Source of the DNA: the human T2T-CHM13v2.0 reference genome, Homo sapiens
Assembly: GCF_009914755.1 (NCBI RefSeq)
Contig: NC_060926.1
Direction: 5' to 3' (one strand)
Length of the DNA: 64,000 nt
Under the pieces are notes generated by a model. The model was given only the letters and a program-made list of their open reading frames with translations. It was not told where the DNA came from and ran no database searches. Shown piece by piece: positions 27,871 to 44,973 of the stretch (its first letter is position 1; every line of letters starts with the position of its first letter). A program made the position numbers and the translations under genes.

Positions 27871-30379
27871 ATCAATTCAAATGATTATGATTATTATAAT
27901 CAACAAGAAATTCTGTTCACAGTGTACTAGGTTGATTATGATTATTATGACCATCAAAAATGACCAAGTGTATAACAGAATAATTACACTCTTCTTGTTT
28001 CATGAAAGATATTACCACCAATGGTGCCCCAAGGTTTGGCTGATACCACTGAGAGATCTGTTGTCACATAAGAGGTGCCCCCCAACCCCAAATCATTCAG
28101 TTTTCAGTGAGCTTCAAGATCATTTTACCTCCACGCCTTGTGACTCTGAAAGTCCTTTTATCTCATTAGTTTCCTTAGTCTTCAGGAGCATAGTGAGTAT
28201 GTGAAGAATCTAACATAAGATTGAGAAAAGTAGGCAGGTGCTAGGTTCGTATAGATTCTTGAAGATCATGCTAAGGAATTTTGTTTGTGTGCAATGATAA
28301 ATGCATGAAAATATCACCATGGTTGCTGGGAGAAGGAAAAAAAGTGGCACTAATATTTGGTAAACACATATGGTACAATGATAATCAGCCGTGTAAATTC
28401 AGATTGAAATCTAAAACGGGGGAGAATCTCATAAGAATTTATATAAAAAGTAAATATGTTCTAAAGATATATAAAATACAAATTATCTAATTCATTTTTC
28501 AAGATTTAACTTTTGCTCCAAAAATGTTTGAGAAATGTTCTCAAAATGACTAAGCTAATAAAAAAATTAATATTTGGTTAACTTCCACTTTGTAACTCAT
28601 GTTCTAGAAACTACATTTTATTTCTGTTACTTATTCCTCTCTTTGCTTTAACCATTATTAGTTTTCTTAAAAAGTCAGTTAAAATTATGTCAAGAACACA
28701 TTAATCCTTGATATTCTACTAATCTTTACATCATTCTGAAACCTATTATTCAGACTAAATGAGCAAGTTCTCATGGAGTACTAATAAGAATAAGGTCAAT
28801 GTTTTCATCTCCATAGTACATTAAGTAGCTTTGCTCAAAGCAAAACTCATGGTCTCAGACTCACCATTAATTCATCTAAGTTCATTTAAAAATTTTGCAT
28901 TAGTCAAGGGTTGGGTTCCAGAACTTGATTATAATTGCTAGAAGTCAATCACAGAGGGGTAATTAAAAATGAATTGCTCCTTACTTAACTGAGAAAGCAG
29001 AAACTCAAAAAGGAACATTGGCTCCCACTGAAGAGAATGAGATTGAATGTCAATGACCCCGCTTCCAAGCCCAGTACTGTCATTATCTAATTTCCGAGAA
29101 TGACTGGTTAAAACATTTTAGCTTAAAAAATAAAGTAAATAGTAATAATAATAAAGAGAAGAAGTAAAAATGTATTCCCCTCAATTTATTAAATAAGTGA
29201 AGTACATGGAACATAAGTCTAACTTTTGCAGAGAGGAAGGTCATTAGGATCTTTAGCATTTCCAAGAAACTTATCTTCTAGTTCTTACAAATATCCTTAG
29301 TGGGGTCTATAGTGGATTTACTTATTTTGCATAATATGATTCCCAAGTTCAAAAGGAGAAAACTTGCTGAGAAGAAGGTCTCTGGTGGTTAAGCAAGCAA
29401 TTCCTTAGTATTCAGCAATAACAAATGCAACGAAGAAAAAATAGAATACCAATTATATCCAATGCAAAAGATTGGAAAGACAGACCCTATTTGGTCAATA
29501 ACATCTTATAATGATAGAAATTCAGGGAAAGTCCACAAGCAGAAAAGTATGACAAAGCAAATGAGAAATAAAGTAATGAAAACTATAAGAGAAAATAACA
29601 TTATCACAAGGCAGCAAGGGTCATTATTTAGTCCAATGCTCCACATTCACAACTGAATCTCTAGCTTTTTCTATGCAGCACAGTAAAATGATTTGAGAAA
29701 AAGGCACAACATTCTATATTTGGGGGAATAGTTCTACCAAGAAAGGTTTACATTTTAAAAAGGAGGGGAAACAAAGTTTTATAGAACATTAACTTGCCCG
29801 ACGTCACTTATTTCTCGGGGTTGTTGCATAATTGAGTTTTTAACTTTTCCTTTCAATGACATAACATGAAGTGTTGCATTTATTATTGTTTAAATTATAT
29901 TGTTATGTAAATATTTGCTTTCTTCTTGTTTAAAAAAATTATTTTTTACAGAGGTATTATGTAAAAGTACAATAGCTTGTATTTAGTAAGTCTTCAATAA
30001 TTACATATTGATTGATTATATTGTACATTGATTACTGATAAAATTATGTTTATTCCTACTTTCTTAGTTAAACTTTAACTCATTCATTCACATTCTAATT
30101 AAACTGGATATTGAATTTTTAAATTAGGAATTATAAACCTAAAACACATTGCTAACATTTATCAAAAATGAATAGTTAAAACATGAATAGATCCATACTA
30201 ATGCTGTAACATTACACATAAAAAACTCTCACTTCTAAGTATTTTCACTAATTTAATTATTAGGATTTACTGATAGATTTCCAACTTAAGTAAATTAATA
30301 TTGAAATATATTGTCAGTGTTAAATTTTAGAAGTGTATTGAAATATCATTCAAAAAAAGTCCTTTCCTTCCTTCCTGTG

Positions 30380-31025
30380 TCTTCCTTCTTTTCCATTCTT
30401 GCTGTCAGCCCCATATTTCAGTCTCTTTTTACTCTCTTTAGTATTATGTAGTGGCCTAAAATTATGAAGTCACCTTCATGCCTACATCTTTTACCAACTT
30501 CAGCTATTGAATATTGCTGAAAAATTAATTCTTCTAAAGCATGTGTATGTTGTTGTGTCACTAGCCTGTTAGTATCTCCATTGGCTTTCCTGATGAATGA
30601 GGTCCACGCTTCTCATCTTAGCCTTCAAAGTTCCCCACAAGGGGGCCACAATCTAACATTAGTGCTGGCTGTGTACCAAACACACTGAACAATTAACTAC
30701 TCTATAAATTACTCATGACATGTGAATACTTGACTCCATTCTCTCTATCTGAATGCCTTGCCTTCTGTATTTCTGTATGCCAAAATATTATTCGGCCTCA
30801 AAGATGAGCTAGTTATTTTCCGGTGAATACCAATGGATGTTATTTGAGTCTGTCATATTGTTTTATCATCCTATCATAGTTTTGTGATTATGTTCAATGT
30901 CTCAATTTATTTGGAAAACTACCCAGTAGGGGTTGTTTTGTTTTCCTTGCAATCTCCTCTCTGCTCAGCATTGTACTTTTTTCACAGTAGATTCATTAAA
31001 TATTAGTTAAATAGTTGAACTGAAA
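30380..31025 (+). mobile_element. L2 LINE fragments
   Basis: 'cttagccttcaaagttcccca' and 3' end 'cacagtagattcattaaatattagttaaat'. Confidence 0.5.
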
Positions 31026-33047
31026 TGTAAATGTGCCTTACTTTCCAAGTTGCCTTACTCAGAACTGAATATTAAATGTTTTGAAGTTGATGTAATTTGT
31101 ATCCCTATGTTACTAAACCAAAATAGAAATTGTCCCATTTTGCATTTGTTCCCATTGTTTTCCATGGAATTGTCAAATGCTAAAATCTGATTTCAATTAG
31201 AAGAAATAGATAATGCATATAATTAGTGGTCTTGGAAGGATAAAAGAAAAATAAGCCACATTCCTATCTCATTAGAAATAAGAAAATTTGCTTTCTGAGG
31301 TGCTGGCTAACCATGAACCAAATCTCTGGGAGAATTTTTACCAATGAGTAAAGTCTCTCATTCAGTGGTTATATTTATTGCCTAAAAAAGTGATTCTTAA
31401 TTTTTTGGAGTTTATTTTTGTTTCATGATACTCATTCATCCTAAATATCCTTTCTTTAGAGTATTTGTGATTTCAAAAAAGATTAAATGAATTAAGATCT
31501 ACTTTGTTCTGAAATCTTTAAGGGATAGTGGGGCTTGAGATTTCTATGATGCTGTTGAAAATAATTTTGGACATTCCGGGTTATTGCACAAGCAGATTGA
31601 GAAGCTCTGGCTTATGTCATTCAATGGTGCCACTTTCTTAACAAGAACACATATTGTGCATTTTATAAACATCTAGCCAGAATTAAATACGTAATCAGAT
31701 TTTCAGCACTTTGAATCAAAATTTAATGATATGGTGAATCTAAGAAAATTTTTGGTTTGACTTGCGTAATTCATTAAGTCTCTCTATATAACCTTTTTAC
31801 ATTTATTAATAGCCACTAAAACATTTGACATTTCTTATTTGTTAAGTTTAAGTAATTCAAACAATACATTTTCCATCCAATGATAATTCCTTTTGTCTAA
31901 ATATCATTTTATTAGAACCAGAATTTTTCCTGCATGTTGCTGCTTTACTCAGTGAACATTTGCATAATGTCAAACATTTGTTGTCCATGTTTTTTTTTTC
32001 ACACCCTTTAAATTCTTTCAGCCCTTTTCTCTCTTACTCATCAGTTGGCTTAGATGAGAAGAATTACTTTTACCTGTTTGAATATGTCAATTCCATATAT
32101 TTACAGAATACCTCTCTTCTTCATATTCCCATCAACTTTCTGAGACAAATATACCCAGAATGTTAATGTGGTTTTAAAAGAAACATACATAAACAAGTTA
32201 TTGTTAAATTAATTATCCAAGAATAAAAATGGCTTTTAACACGTGTTCCATTATCCATCCACACAATGAAGACAAGCTGTTCTCTACTACTTTACAGAAT
32301 TTGGCAGAGGAAGACTTTGAACTGTGAACTGAAGAAGAGAGAGAAAAGAACTCTATATAGATAGTTTACATATGTGTCCATGAGATTTTTCCTAGTGTGC
32401 ACTAAAGTCTGTAGAAAATAACTTACAATGTCCTTGGTATTTCATGTGCTGTTTTATTGTCAATGTGGTAAAATTTCCATTGGCATAATTAATTTTACAT
32501 TAAATCTCACCTTCCACTTTTGTGAAATTTTTTAAACAGTTGAGAGAAAACACTGCGTAAACAGAATTTTTTGGCAGCCTTGTACGACCTATGTGCTCTG
32601 AGAATCAGAGTTGGTGTGGTGGCCACCTCTCACTTACTTTTCCCCCATGTAAATTCTGCATTTTGGCAAACAAAAAAATGCTGAATGCCAAAGTTATGAT
32701 AGAAAGTTCATGATGGTAATTTGTGAAATTTAAAATATAAAACAATTGTGGAAAATAGTCACCATACCTTATGTGAAAAATATCCTTGATATGAGCATAT
32801 TCAATGTTGTTTAACAATATTTTAAAATGAGTTAAAACAGCAAAATGTGGATTTAATTCTCAAGAAAGGCCTTTCCAGATTAAAACACATAAGTAGACAC
32901 AAACACATAGATGACACAATTTGATATGAAGTTAAATCTACCCACTGGAGCATACATCTCTTCACAGCTCTGCAAGACTGCTGGTTTGGTCTCCCGTTTT
33001 TAAGAACGGGAAAATCACTTCTCATAATTATACAACAAAGAGAGATC

Positions 33048-34730
<1,683 letters not shown>

Positions 34731-35559
34731 GCGTTCAAAATAAGTTTCCTGACACTTTAAATAGAGTATCATATTATTTATAAGTAGTATTCATTTCCCC
34801 ACCCTCACTTATAAATAGTCCCTTACTTAAAAGCAATTTCCTAGACTTGCTAATTATTCAGATGCATTTGATATGCTGCACAATATCCACCAAAATGCTA
34901 CAATCTAGCCTAAATCCTAGTTAAAAAAAAAAATGAAAGGAGGAAAACAAAGATAAAGGAAAACATGGGAGATGTGTCGGAAAATCAAACTCACAAAACA
35001 ATTCATGTTCTCACCCATGCTGAATTTAACTCATTTCTCAGTTCTTGATATTAACTTAGACAGTGACCAGGCAACACTCTCACTGCTAATGGCATCACAT
35101 TTATACAGAAGTACATAATTACTATACTTTTATAATATAGGATTATGACTTTTATAATAAACATCCAACTCAGCCTATTCCACTTGTATTTCGGTTACCT
35201 AAAGCATAGTGTCAGGGGGAAAGGAGTTTGTTATATGTTATTTTTAAAAAAATTTTTACTTCTCATCATTTGAATTTAAAGAATCTGTTTTTAACTTAAC
35301 AAGAACAGTTTTGAGATTTCTTGTAACTCTTAGGTCCAAAGCTGGGTAGAATGTGTTCTTCTAAATGAAACGTGGGTGAAAGTGTTGTAGTGGACATGCA
35401 TGGCTGGAACAGAGCTGGCTGGTCAGCCTGCCACAGCCACGTTGAGAAAGGGGAATAAGAAAGAGCTAACGTGATTTTTAAAGAGGTGCCTATGCTCAGT
35501 GATGGTTTCTGCCAGATTTAGTCATGTGCAAATTTTTATGTTTTCAGAATTAGGCCATT

Positions 35560-35940
35560 TATTATTCTGCTCCGTGAAAATTAATTAGACGCTAATTAAA
35601 TCCCAGGCATGGTAAACAAATCATGGTTTCATGGAGTTTATAATCTAGTGAGAAAGACAAACATTAATCAAACTAGCATCATACAAATATATGCTTTTTT
35701 ATATATAGCAATAAATATATTCTTGGATACTATGGAGAATTAGGTGTGTGAGACTGTGAGAATGTAACGTAAGAGTGTTTGACCTGACCTATAAGGCCCA
35801 GAAAGTCTTCCCTAAGAAGGTGAACTATGAAATACAACTGGGAGTTAACTAAGGAAAGAAAACTGTGGGTAACAGCAGATATGCTACATGCAGAGGAAAT
35901 GTCATGTGCAAAGTCCCTGTGATGAGAATCAGTTTGCCTG
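35560..35940 (-). mobile_element. L2 LINE fragment
   Basis: 'catggagtttataatctagtgagaaagaca...cagaggaaatgtcatgtgcaaagtccctgtg'. Confidence 0.7.
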
Positions 35941-35959
35941 TTTTCTTATCCAGCAGCCG

Positions 35960-37290
35960 TTGGTTAAATGAGATGTCACATCCCTCTGATGCTTGAACCA
36001 ATACTACAAATACACTCCGCAGAGGGGCTTGCAGCCATTTTCCAGAATGATTGTTACCTGAAGACAAATAACTCCCAGATTTTTGAGAACTGTTGTATCT
36101 GATTCTAAGCTGTAACTGACACCAGAGAATCCCGAACCCCATCTTTCCCTTGGGTTGAATTACAGATTTGTGAATACCGGGTGATGTAAGGAGAGTTCAA
36201 TGTGTCTCTGAACCACATTGTAGTGATTTTCCCCATCCCAGAATGTTTACATGAGATGGATTTAAATGATGTCTTGTAGAACACTCAATTGGTTCTTTGG
36301 TGGCTGGAGTAAGAGCCATTAAGCCAGGAAAGGCCAAATGGGAGCCCTTGTACCACACAATGACCACCACTGTGACCAGTGTGAACCCAACAGTCCCTGA
36401 CCTGACAAAGATGTTGAATTAGAACAATACTAATACTACTGAAGACTTAAAAAAGCAGGATAGAGTCTCCATGATAGGTCCACTCAATTGATCTATTTAG
36501 CCCTAACCCAAACCAGGTAGACTGTGGAAGCTCTAAAGTTAACTGCATTGTAGCTCTAATAGAAGTAGCTGAGCAAGAAGTACTATTGTGGCATATCAGC
36601 CCAGCCTTTCACACTTGTTCTTTTCAAATTTATCAATAAAGGGAATTGAAAGTAGTTTGCTAATTTATGGGAAAGAAAGTAGTGCACATTCACTATCTTG
36701 ATCACTAAAGTAACACCCCTGTGGTCTGTCACAATATAGTCTGTTGGGTCATTGATTATTTTAATGTTCTGTGGGATATCATCCTTATCTGCTGCATGAA
36801 TGATATCATGCTAACTGAACATGATAAGCAGTATGTGGTAAGTATTTTGTATGCCCTAGTCAGATACTTATGAACATGGAAATGGTAGGATATAAACTCC
36901 ATGAGGATTCAGTCATTTGCTAAATTAGTCAACATTTTGGGTGTCAGAAGTATGCTAGAATGCTCCTTTGTGAAGTTAAATACAAGTTATTGCCTCTTTC
37001 ACCCCTTATTACTAAGAAAGGGGCATGCCACTTGAAAGTTTATGAGGATGTTGAAGGCAGTATATGGTACATTTGGGGACACTTCTCTTCCATATTTATC
37101 AAGTGAATCCTAAAGTTGTCAATAGAAGAAACTAGCAAGTCAAGGATGCCTTACATGTTGTTCAACCACTCAGGTTGTAGATATGGCACATCCAGTGGTG
37201 CTAGATATGTGTGTGGTAGATAAGGATGCTCAATGGAGTCTTGGTAAAAATAATAGCAGTGTAGCACAAACTCCTAGGATTATGGAGCTA
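35960..37290 (+). mobile_element. ERVL internal (pro/pol) remnant
   Basis: 'ggagtaagagccatt...ggaaaggccaaatgggagccc' (GKAKW.P) and 'gaatgatatcatgctaactg' (degenerate YxDDIML RT motif); no intact frame. Confidence 0.75.
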
Positions 37291-37947
37291 CTCTATCTTT
37301 AAAGAGCAAAATGTGGCTAAATACAATAGATTTTCTTTCTCTTGAGTTTTCTAAATTATGTTTGACAATAAACACCACGATAATAACACTGTCTGATTTG
37401 GTTCTAAATATCTGTGGAGAAAAATATTTAAGACAGTTATATTATAAATGAGAAAGGGTCAAGGAACATAAAGGAATATAAGGTTTCTTCATATTGCTCT
37501 AGTTGGTAAAATGACAACAGTAGCATATGAGGTGTGTGTGTGTGTGAGTGTGTGAATACATATATAGTAATAACTGGAGTAGTCAGTGAAAAGCTATACA
37601 AAAGGACACACTCAAAAACAGTATAAATCAAAATAGGTTTCTCCAAAATGTTCAAGTAGCACACAGAAAGGTAAGAAAAAGACAACAGAGATGAAAATCA
37701 GAAAGAACAGAAGAAAAAAATAAAATGGCAGACACAGTGCTAAATATTGTTATAATAAATGTAAAGTCTTAATGAACCAGTTAAAAAACAAAGATTGACA
37801 GGATAGATTTAAAAATATGATCCAAATATATGCTACCTACAAAAAATTAACTTCAAATAAAATGGTAAAGTGAGGTTGAAGAAATTAGGAAAAATTAAAT
37901 ATCTTGCAGACATTAATTGAAAGAAAGCAGAAGCGGCTAAACTAATG

Positions 37948-38279
37948 TAGTAACATGCCATGAAATGATATTTTAGTCAATGACAGACTGCATATACCAT
38001 GGTAGTCTCATAAGATTACAAAATTATATTCTTACTGTACCTTTTCTATGTTTAGATACACAAATACTTACCATTGTGTCCTAATTGCCTACATTATTTA
38101 GCACATAGCATGCTGTTCAGGTTTGTAGCCTAAAAGCCACAGGATGTATAATATAGGCTAGGTGTTTAGTCAGCTGTACTATTTAGGTTTGTACAAATAC
38201 ACTCTACAATGTTTGCACAATAATGATATTGCTTAATCACTCATTTCTCAGAAAGTATGTAATAAGAGATGCATGCCTG
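37948..38279 (+). mobile_element. Tigger3a (MER7A-like) DNA transposon
   Basis: 'tactgtaccttttctatgtttagatacacaaatacttaccattgtg...ggtttgtagcct...catttctcagaa...gcatgcctg|ta'. Confidence 0.85.
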
Positions 38280-38332
38280 TATTACATAGAGTAGAATTCA
38301 AAGTAAATTACCAGAGATAGAAGGGCATTATA

Positions 38333-38667
38333 CAATTACCCCTCCATATCAGTGGGTTCTGCATCCATGGAGTCAACCAACCATAGATAGAAAATATTTA
38401 TTTTAAGAAAGGATGATTGCATTTCTATTGAACATGTAAGACTTTTTTGTCTCTTGTCATTATTCCCTAAATAATACAATATAACAACTATTTACATAGC
38501 ATTAGTATTATAGTAGGTATTATAAATAGTCTAGGGATGATTTAAAGTATAGAAGAGACTATGCCTAGATTATATGCAAGTACTATGCCATTGTATATAA
38601 GGGACTTGTATTTTGGTACCCATGGGGGTTCCGGAACCAATCCTTGATGAATATAAAGGGATGAATG
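38333..38667. mobile_element. MER2 (TcMar-Tigger) DNA transposon
   Basis: 'cctccatatcagtgggttctgcatccatggagtcaaccaacc...cttgtcattattccctaaataatacaatataacaactatttacatagcatt'; TA flanks. Confidence 0.9.
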
Positions 38668-39758
38668 TATGGTGATAAAATAGTCAATCTACAAAAAAGA
38701 CATAGTGAACCTAAATGTTTATGTACCATACAACAGAATTGCAAAATGTATGAAGCAAAAATGATTCACATGAAAAATAAATAAATAAATAAATAAATCT
38801 TTAATTATTGTAGTTGTAGATTTTAACACTCCTCTGTTAACAATTGATAGAACATTTAGACAGAAAAACAGCAAGGATATAGAACCTAACAACACCACTT
38901 CTAAACAGAATCTAATTGACATTTATTGAACACTTTCCTCAACAACAGCAAAGTACATCTTCTTTTCAAGTACTCATGGAACATATACCAAGGCAGGTCA
39001 TATCATTAGCCATGAAACAAATGTCAACAAATTTTTAAAAACTGAGATAATATGGAATGTTCTTTCCAAATACAATACAATCAAGCAAGAAGTCATCAAT
39101 AGAAAGATAACAGGAAAATCTTTTAACATTTGAAAACTAAGCCACATACTATGAAATAACTCATGGCTCAAAAAGGAAATCTCAAGGGAAATCAAGAAAT
39201 GCAGTGAACTGAATGAAAATGAAAATACATCAAAATTTTTAAGACACAGCAAAAGCAGTGCTGGAAGGAAAATTTGTAAGATTAAAAAGAGTATAGTAGG
39301 AAATAAGAAAAGTTGCAAATCAATAGTCTAAGCTCAATAATCAAGAAAAAGAAAAGTAAAATAAACCCCAAACGACTAGAAGGAAAGAAATAATAAAGAT
39401 AAAAGCAGATATCAGTGAAACTGAAAAAAAAGAAAGAGAAAAAGCAATGAAACAAAAAGCCTGTTCTTTAAAACTATTAATAAAATATTCAAACCCCCAG
39501 CAAAACAAAGAAATAAGAAGACAAAAAATACTAATATCAGGAATGAAACAGGGCCTATTACTACAGACCAGATACAATAAATATTAATAGGACAAAAAAT
39601 GAATAATATGAGTAAATCTCCACTGTATCCTCACCACATTATTTCCAGTATCTTGGCCATGTCTCGTACTACAGTTCTGTATTGCTTCTGTGTGCATGGG
39701 ATCACTCTGTATTATTTCTTACAACTGCATGTAAATTTAAAATTATCTCAATGTTTGA

Positions 39759-40075
<317 letters not shown>

Positions 40076-40199
40076 TTGAGGTTTATTTTTAACAACAAAC
40101 AGGTACTGATGCTACTGTTTTTGTAGTGAAGACGTTATCTGTAGTTTACTGAGTGACTATGAAACTATAATTGCTCATCATTCCTTCTTTGCGGGGGTA

Positions 40200-40462
40200 C
40201 AGGATATTTCTTTCACCCCAGGTGGAGTTCAGTGACACAATTATACCTCGCTGCATTCTTGACCTCCTAGACTCAAGTAATCCTTCCATCTCAGCCTCCT
40301 GAGTGACTGGGACTACAGGTGTGTGACACCACGTATGGCTAATTTTTAAATTTTTTGTACAGACAGTGTCTCAGTATGTTGACCAGGCTTGTCAGAAACT
40401 CCTGGGCTCAAGTGACCTCCCAATATGCTGGGGATTACACGTGTGAGCCACTCTACCCGGAC
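40200..40462 (-). mobile_element. AluJ (diverged)
   Basis: 'gacctcctagactcaagtaatccttccatctcagcctc...aactcctgggctcaagtga'. Confidence 0.85.
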
Positions 40463-40569
40463 TCATTATTCATCACTCCTTTTTAAACTATGGAAGATAA
40501 GACATGTGTTTATATGTAATTCTACATTTATACACAATTTTATTATATGCATATAATCAATAAAATTAT

Positions 40570-40878
40570 ATTTTATTGATATGTACACAATACAATTCCA
40601 TCACTTAAAATGGACAATTTGATAGTTTCTAGTAAATTCACAGATTTGTATAACCATCACTACAATCAATTTAAGAACATTTTCATTACCCCCAAAAGAA
40701 ACTTACCAGTTAGCTGTCTCTCCTCCAATATCCTTCCTCCCCACAGCCTAGGCAAGCATTAACATACTTTCTGCTTCTACAGAATTGTCTATTCTGGATA
40801 CATTAAATAAATGGAAATATGCAATATGTGTCCCTCTGTGACCAGCTTCTATTAGCATGTTTTCAAGGTTCATCTCAT
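40570..40878 (-). mobile_element. L1MB-like 3' end
   Basis: 'aaccatcactacaatcaatttaagaacattttcattacccccaaaagaaac...ttagcatgttttcaaggttcatc'. Confidence 0.8.
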
Positions 40879-40879
40879 G

Positions 40880-41335
40880 GGAAGTCATTATTTTGTTCCT
40901 AAAGATATCCATGCCCTAATCTCTTTGTGCATGTGTTAGGTTACCTAGAAAAGAGAATTAAAGTTGCAGACAGAATTAAGACTGTTCATCAGTTCCCTGA
41001 AAATAAGATTGTCCTGGATTATCAGGAAAATCCAATGTCATCACAAGAGTGCTTAAAACTGCAAGAGAAAGAAGAGGAGGTCTGAATGATGTGTGAGGAC
41101 TGGATCCACCATTGCTGGTTTTGCAGGTGAAGAAAGAAAGTCATGAACCATGGAATGTGGTAGTCTCTAGTTCCTGGAAAAGGTTTAAAAAAAAAATATT
41201 CCCTGTAGAATCTCCAGAAAAGAACACAGCCCTGCTGACACTATCTATGATTTTAACTCAGTGAGACTTCCAATCAATAGAACTGTAATAGAATAAATTC
41301 GCATTAATTTAAGACACTAAATTTGTGGTAATTTG
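40880..41335 (+). mobile_element. MLT1D-like MaLR LTR
   Basis: 'aaagatatccatgccctaatc...gaattaaagttgcagacagaattaag...ctccagaaaagaacacagccctgctgacac...aataaatt...ctaaatttgtggtaatttg'. Confidence 0.8.
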
Positions 41336-41344
41336 AACTAATAT

Positions 41345-41720
41345 ATTTTTAATGTAAGTCTTTAGAGTTATGCATTTCTTTCCAAGCACTGCTTTAACTC
41401 CATTCCATAATGTTAGCATGTTGTGTCTTTATTTCCATTCATCTCAAGATAGTTTCTAATGTCCTCTGTGATTTCTTTTTTGACTTACTAATTATTTAGG
41501 ATTGTGTTATGTTTCACATATTCATAAATTTCCCTAATTTCTTTGTTATTGATTTGTAATTTTATTTCATTTATGCTAGAGAGCACATTTCCTTAATTTA
41601 AATAATCCTTTAAAAGGATTATTTCAATCCTTTTATATTTTCTTTATGTATTAAGGCTGGCTTTGTGGCTATCATATGGCATATCCTGAAAAAATATTCT
41701 ATGTGCACTTGAAAAGAATG
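41345..41720 (-). mobile_element. Old L1M ORF2 endonuclease-region fragment
   Basis: 'aagcactgcttta...gtgatttcttttttgac...tatgtgcacttgaaaagaatg'. Confidence 0.75.
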
Positions 41721-41975
41721 TCAAGTGTGTAATGCTCTTGGAATTGGATGTGCGTAATGCTCTTGGAATTCAGAAAGTAATCAGAGAAAACATTGTTAGG
41801 CAAAGAGATAGAAACTTGTAGAATACACATAAATATCAGATAATACATATGCTTGACTCTAATTTTTAGGACTAATGTGATTGAGAATATGTTATGGACA
41901 AACCATGGGAAAATCTTGAACACCAGGAGAAAGAACATGGGGATTTTTTTCTAAGCTTTATAAAAGCAGTGGTTG

Positions 41976-42330
<355 letters not shown>

Positions 42331-43927
42331 TCAGGATGAAAAATACTTGGCACTAATGTGGAAAAAAAATAATTCAAAACTCTGCTATTGATCTACAAAT
42401 TAAGTGTCCCTGAATGAAAATGTGTTCCTTATATATGTACTTTAGAATTGACTGCAGGGATTACAATCTCGTTCATCATTGCTAGCAAATATCCACAACT
42501 AGTTTCCATCTCCACCTTCTGCCTGTTGAGTACTCATTCTGTGACCTCAAGAAATGCACCTGATTTCTTTAAGCAAACCTTCTAGAAATCACTTTGATTG
42601 CATGTAAGTACAGAGAATTTACTTAAGTATACCAAAGTCGTAAGTAGCAGTAGGACTCAAACAGCTTTAGATTCTGAGGTTTACATATGTATTTACCAAC
42701 CTAGACTATTAAATATTTTATATAGTTTTTATAAACTGGATTTATAGTTTTAAAGCTAAATTTTGAGATAACATTGTTACTCAAAAAAGTTATTCTTCCC
42801 TGCAATCTTAATTCAAATGATTCATTCATATGGGAGCATTTCTAAATAAATTATATGATATCGTATGACTATTTTTAAAAAAAAAAAACAGCATAAAAAT
42901 GGAAATACATTTTTTAAAAGAATTTTCTGAAACTCTTGTTGGATCTATTTGAGATTTGGAAAATAACCTTAAAGGTGTTTTAAAGTTGAAATTAAATTTA
43001 TAATGTTACTTCTTGAGCATTATAACACATGAACTGGGAATGTAGGGTTAAATTATAAAAATAACAACAGGCACACTACTCCTTCACTGCAGTTCCACCC
43101 TGAGTACAGATAGTTAAATTCTGTAGAATAATCCTGCAATCAGTCCCTTAAACGTTGTTATTATTTGAGGTTCTGTTCTAGTCATCTCTTGGATATTTCC
43201 CTGAACCTTTAGTAAATCACATTGTTCTATGAAAGTGGTTGCATAAGAAACCATTATTTTGACATCTATTTATGAATTTTCTAGGCTGAGTACAGATTTA
43301 CTTGTAAGATGCTATTATTTGCAAAGACAATATGATTTTATTCCCAAATTCTGATTTTATTCTAATAATCAACACCACAAGAACATAGAACCAGCTGCAG
43401 AAAATGATTTCTGTGGTATGTTCCTCCTGGAGTCAATAATATGCATCTTAGGAGTTTGGTTTCACTAATACAGAGGTACTTAGATGGTGAATGCTGCTAT
43501 TTCTAAGGAGAAGCTTATCTTCCCGTTAAACTCAGTCTACCTACAAAAGTGAACAGAAGTTTAAGTCAAGGGTGAAAAAGTGCCTCTATTAAGTTACAAT
43601 TAGGCCAATCAATATCTGACAGAGATTAAAAGCAGTGACAAGTTTAAAACACATTTTATTCATGGACAACCATAAAATTATAAATTGTAAAGAATATTAA
43701 GTTTTGCCTATGAGTTTCATTTTTACCAGAATTTGAAAATAATTCAAGAATTAATATTACCATTGTTATTTAAAATGACAATCACATCTAGTCATTTTTT
43801 AATAACTTGAATAGCATTATAAGAAAATGAAACAGAGCCAGAAAGAGGTTTCGAAGCCCTAAGCACTGAAAAGATTATCGTTTTCCCTGCTTTGGTTTAA
43901 AATAAAAAAAGATGAAGTAACTTGTAA

Positions 43928-44274
<347 letters not shown>

Positions 44275-44605
44275 AAAAACTACTTCAAGTTTTTTGAAGT
44301 ACCAAAAATAAAACTATTTCAAAAACATATTTAGTGCCTTGAATTTCTGCTGCATGCACTTGGCCTCCCTGGGAATTAGATTAATTGTCATGCTAGGAGA
44401 TATTCTCCTATTCAGTCTGAAGGCCTAGGAAGTCACACAGCATAGTCTTTGTTTTGTTGGGAGGATGGGCACTCTGTGGTTAATGAGAATGGTTACAAAT
44501 GGGGCAAACAAGAGAAAAATAACAATCTTATAAACTTCCCTTTGCTACTGCTATTATAGTCTTAATGAAAAGCCGCTAGATGCTACTGGCCCAAGTGAGA
44601 AGTAG

Positions 44606-44973
<368 letters not shown>

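Larger units (their letters stand above)
37290..39752 (+). mobile_element. L1MC-like fragment (ORF2 endonuclease region plus short 3' tip), interrupted by two DNA transposons
   Basis: 'atatgatccaaatatatgctacctacaa', 'gtagattttaacactcctct', 'ctaattgacatttattgaacac'; tip 'gtattatttcttacaactgcatgtaaat'. Confidence 0.8.

Noticed and set aside
32630-32830. Minus-strand donor-like sites (AAA|gtaagt, AAG|gtatgg)
   Set aside because: No convincing matching acceptor or recognisable peptide.
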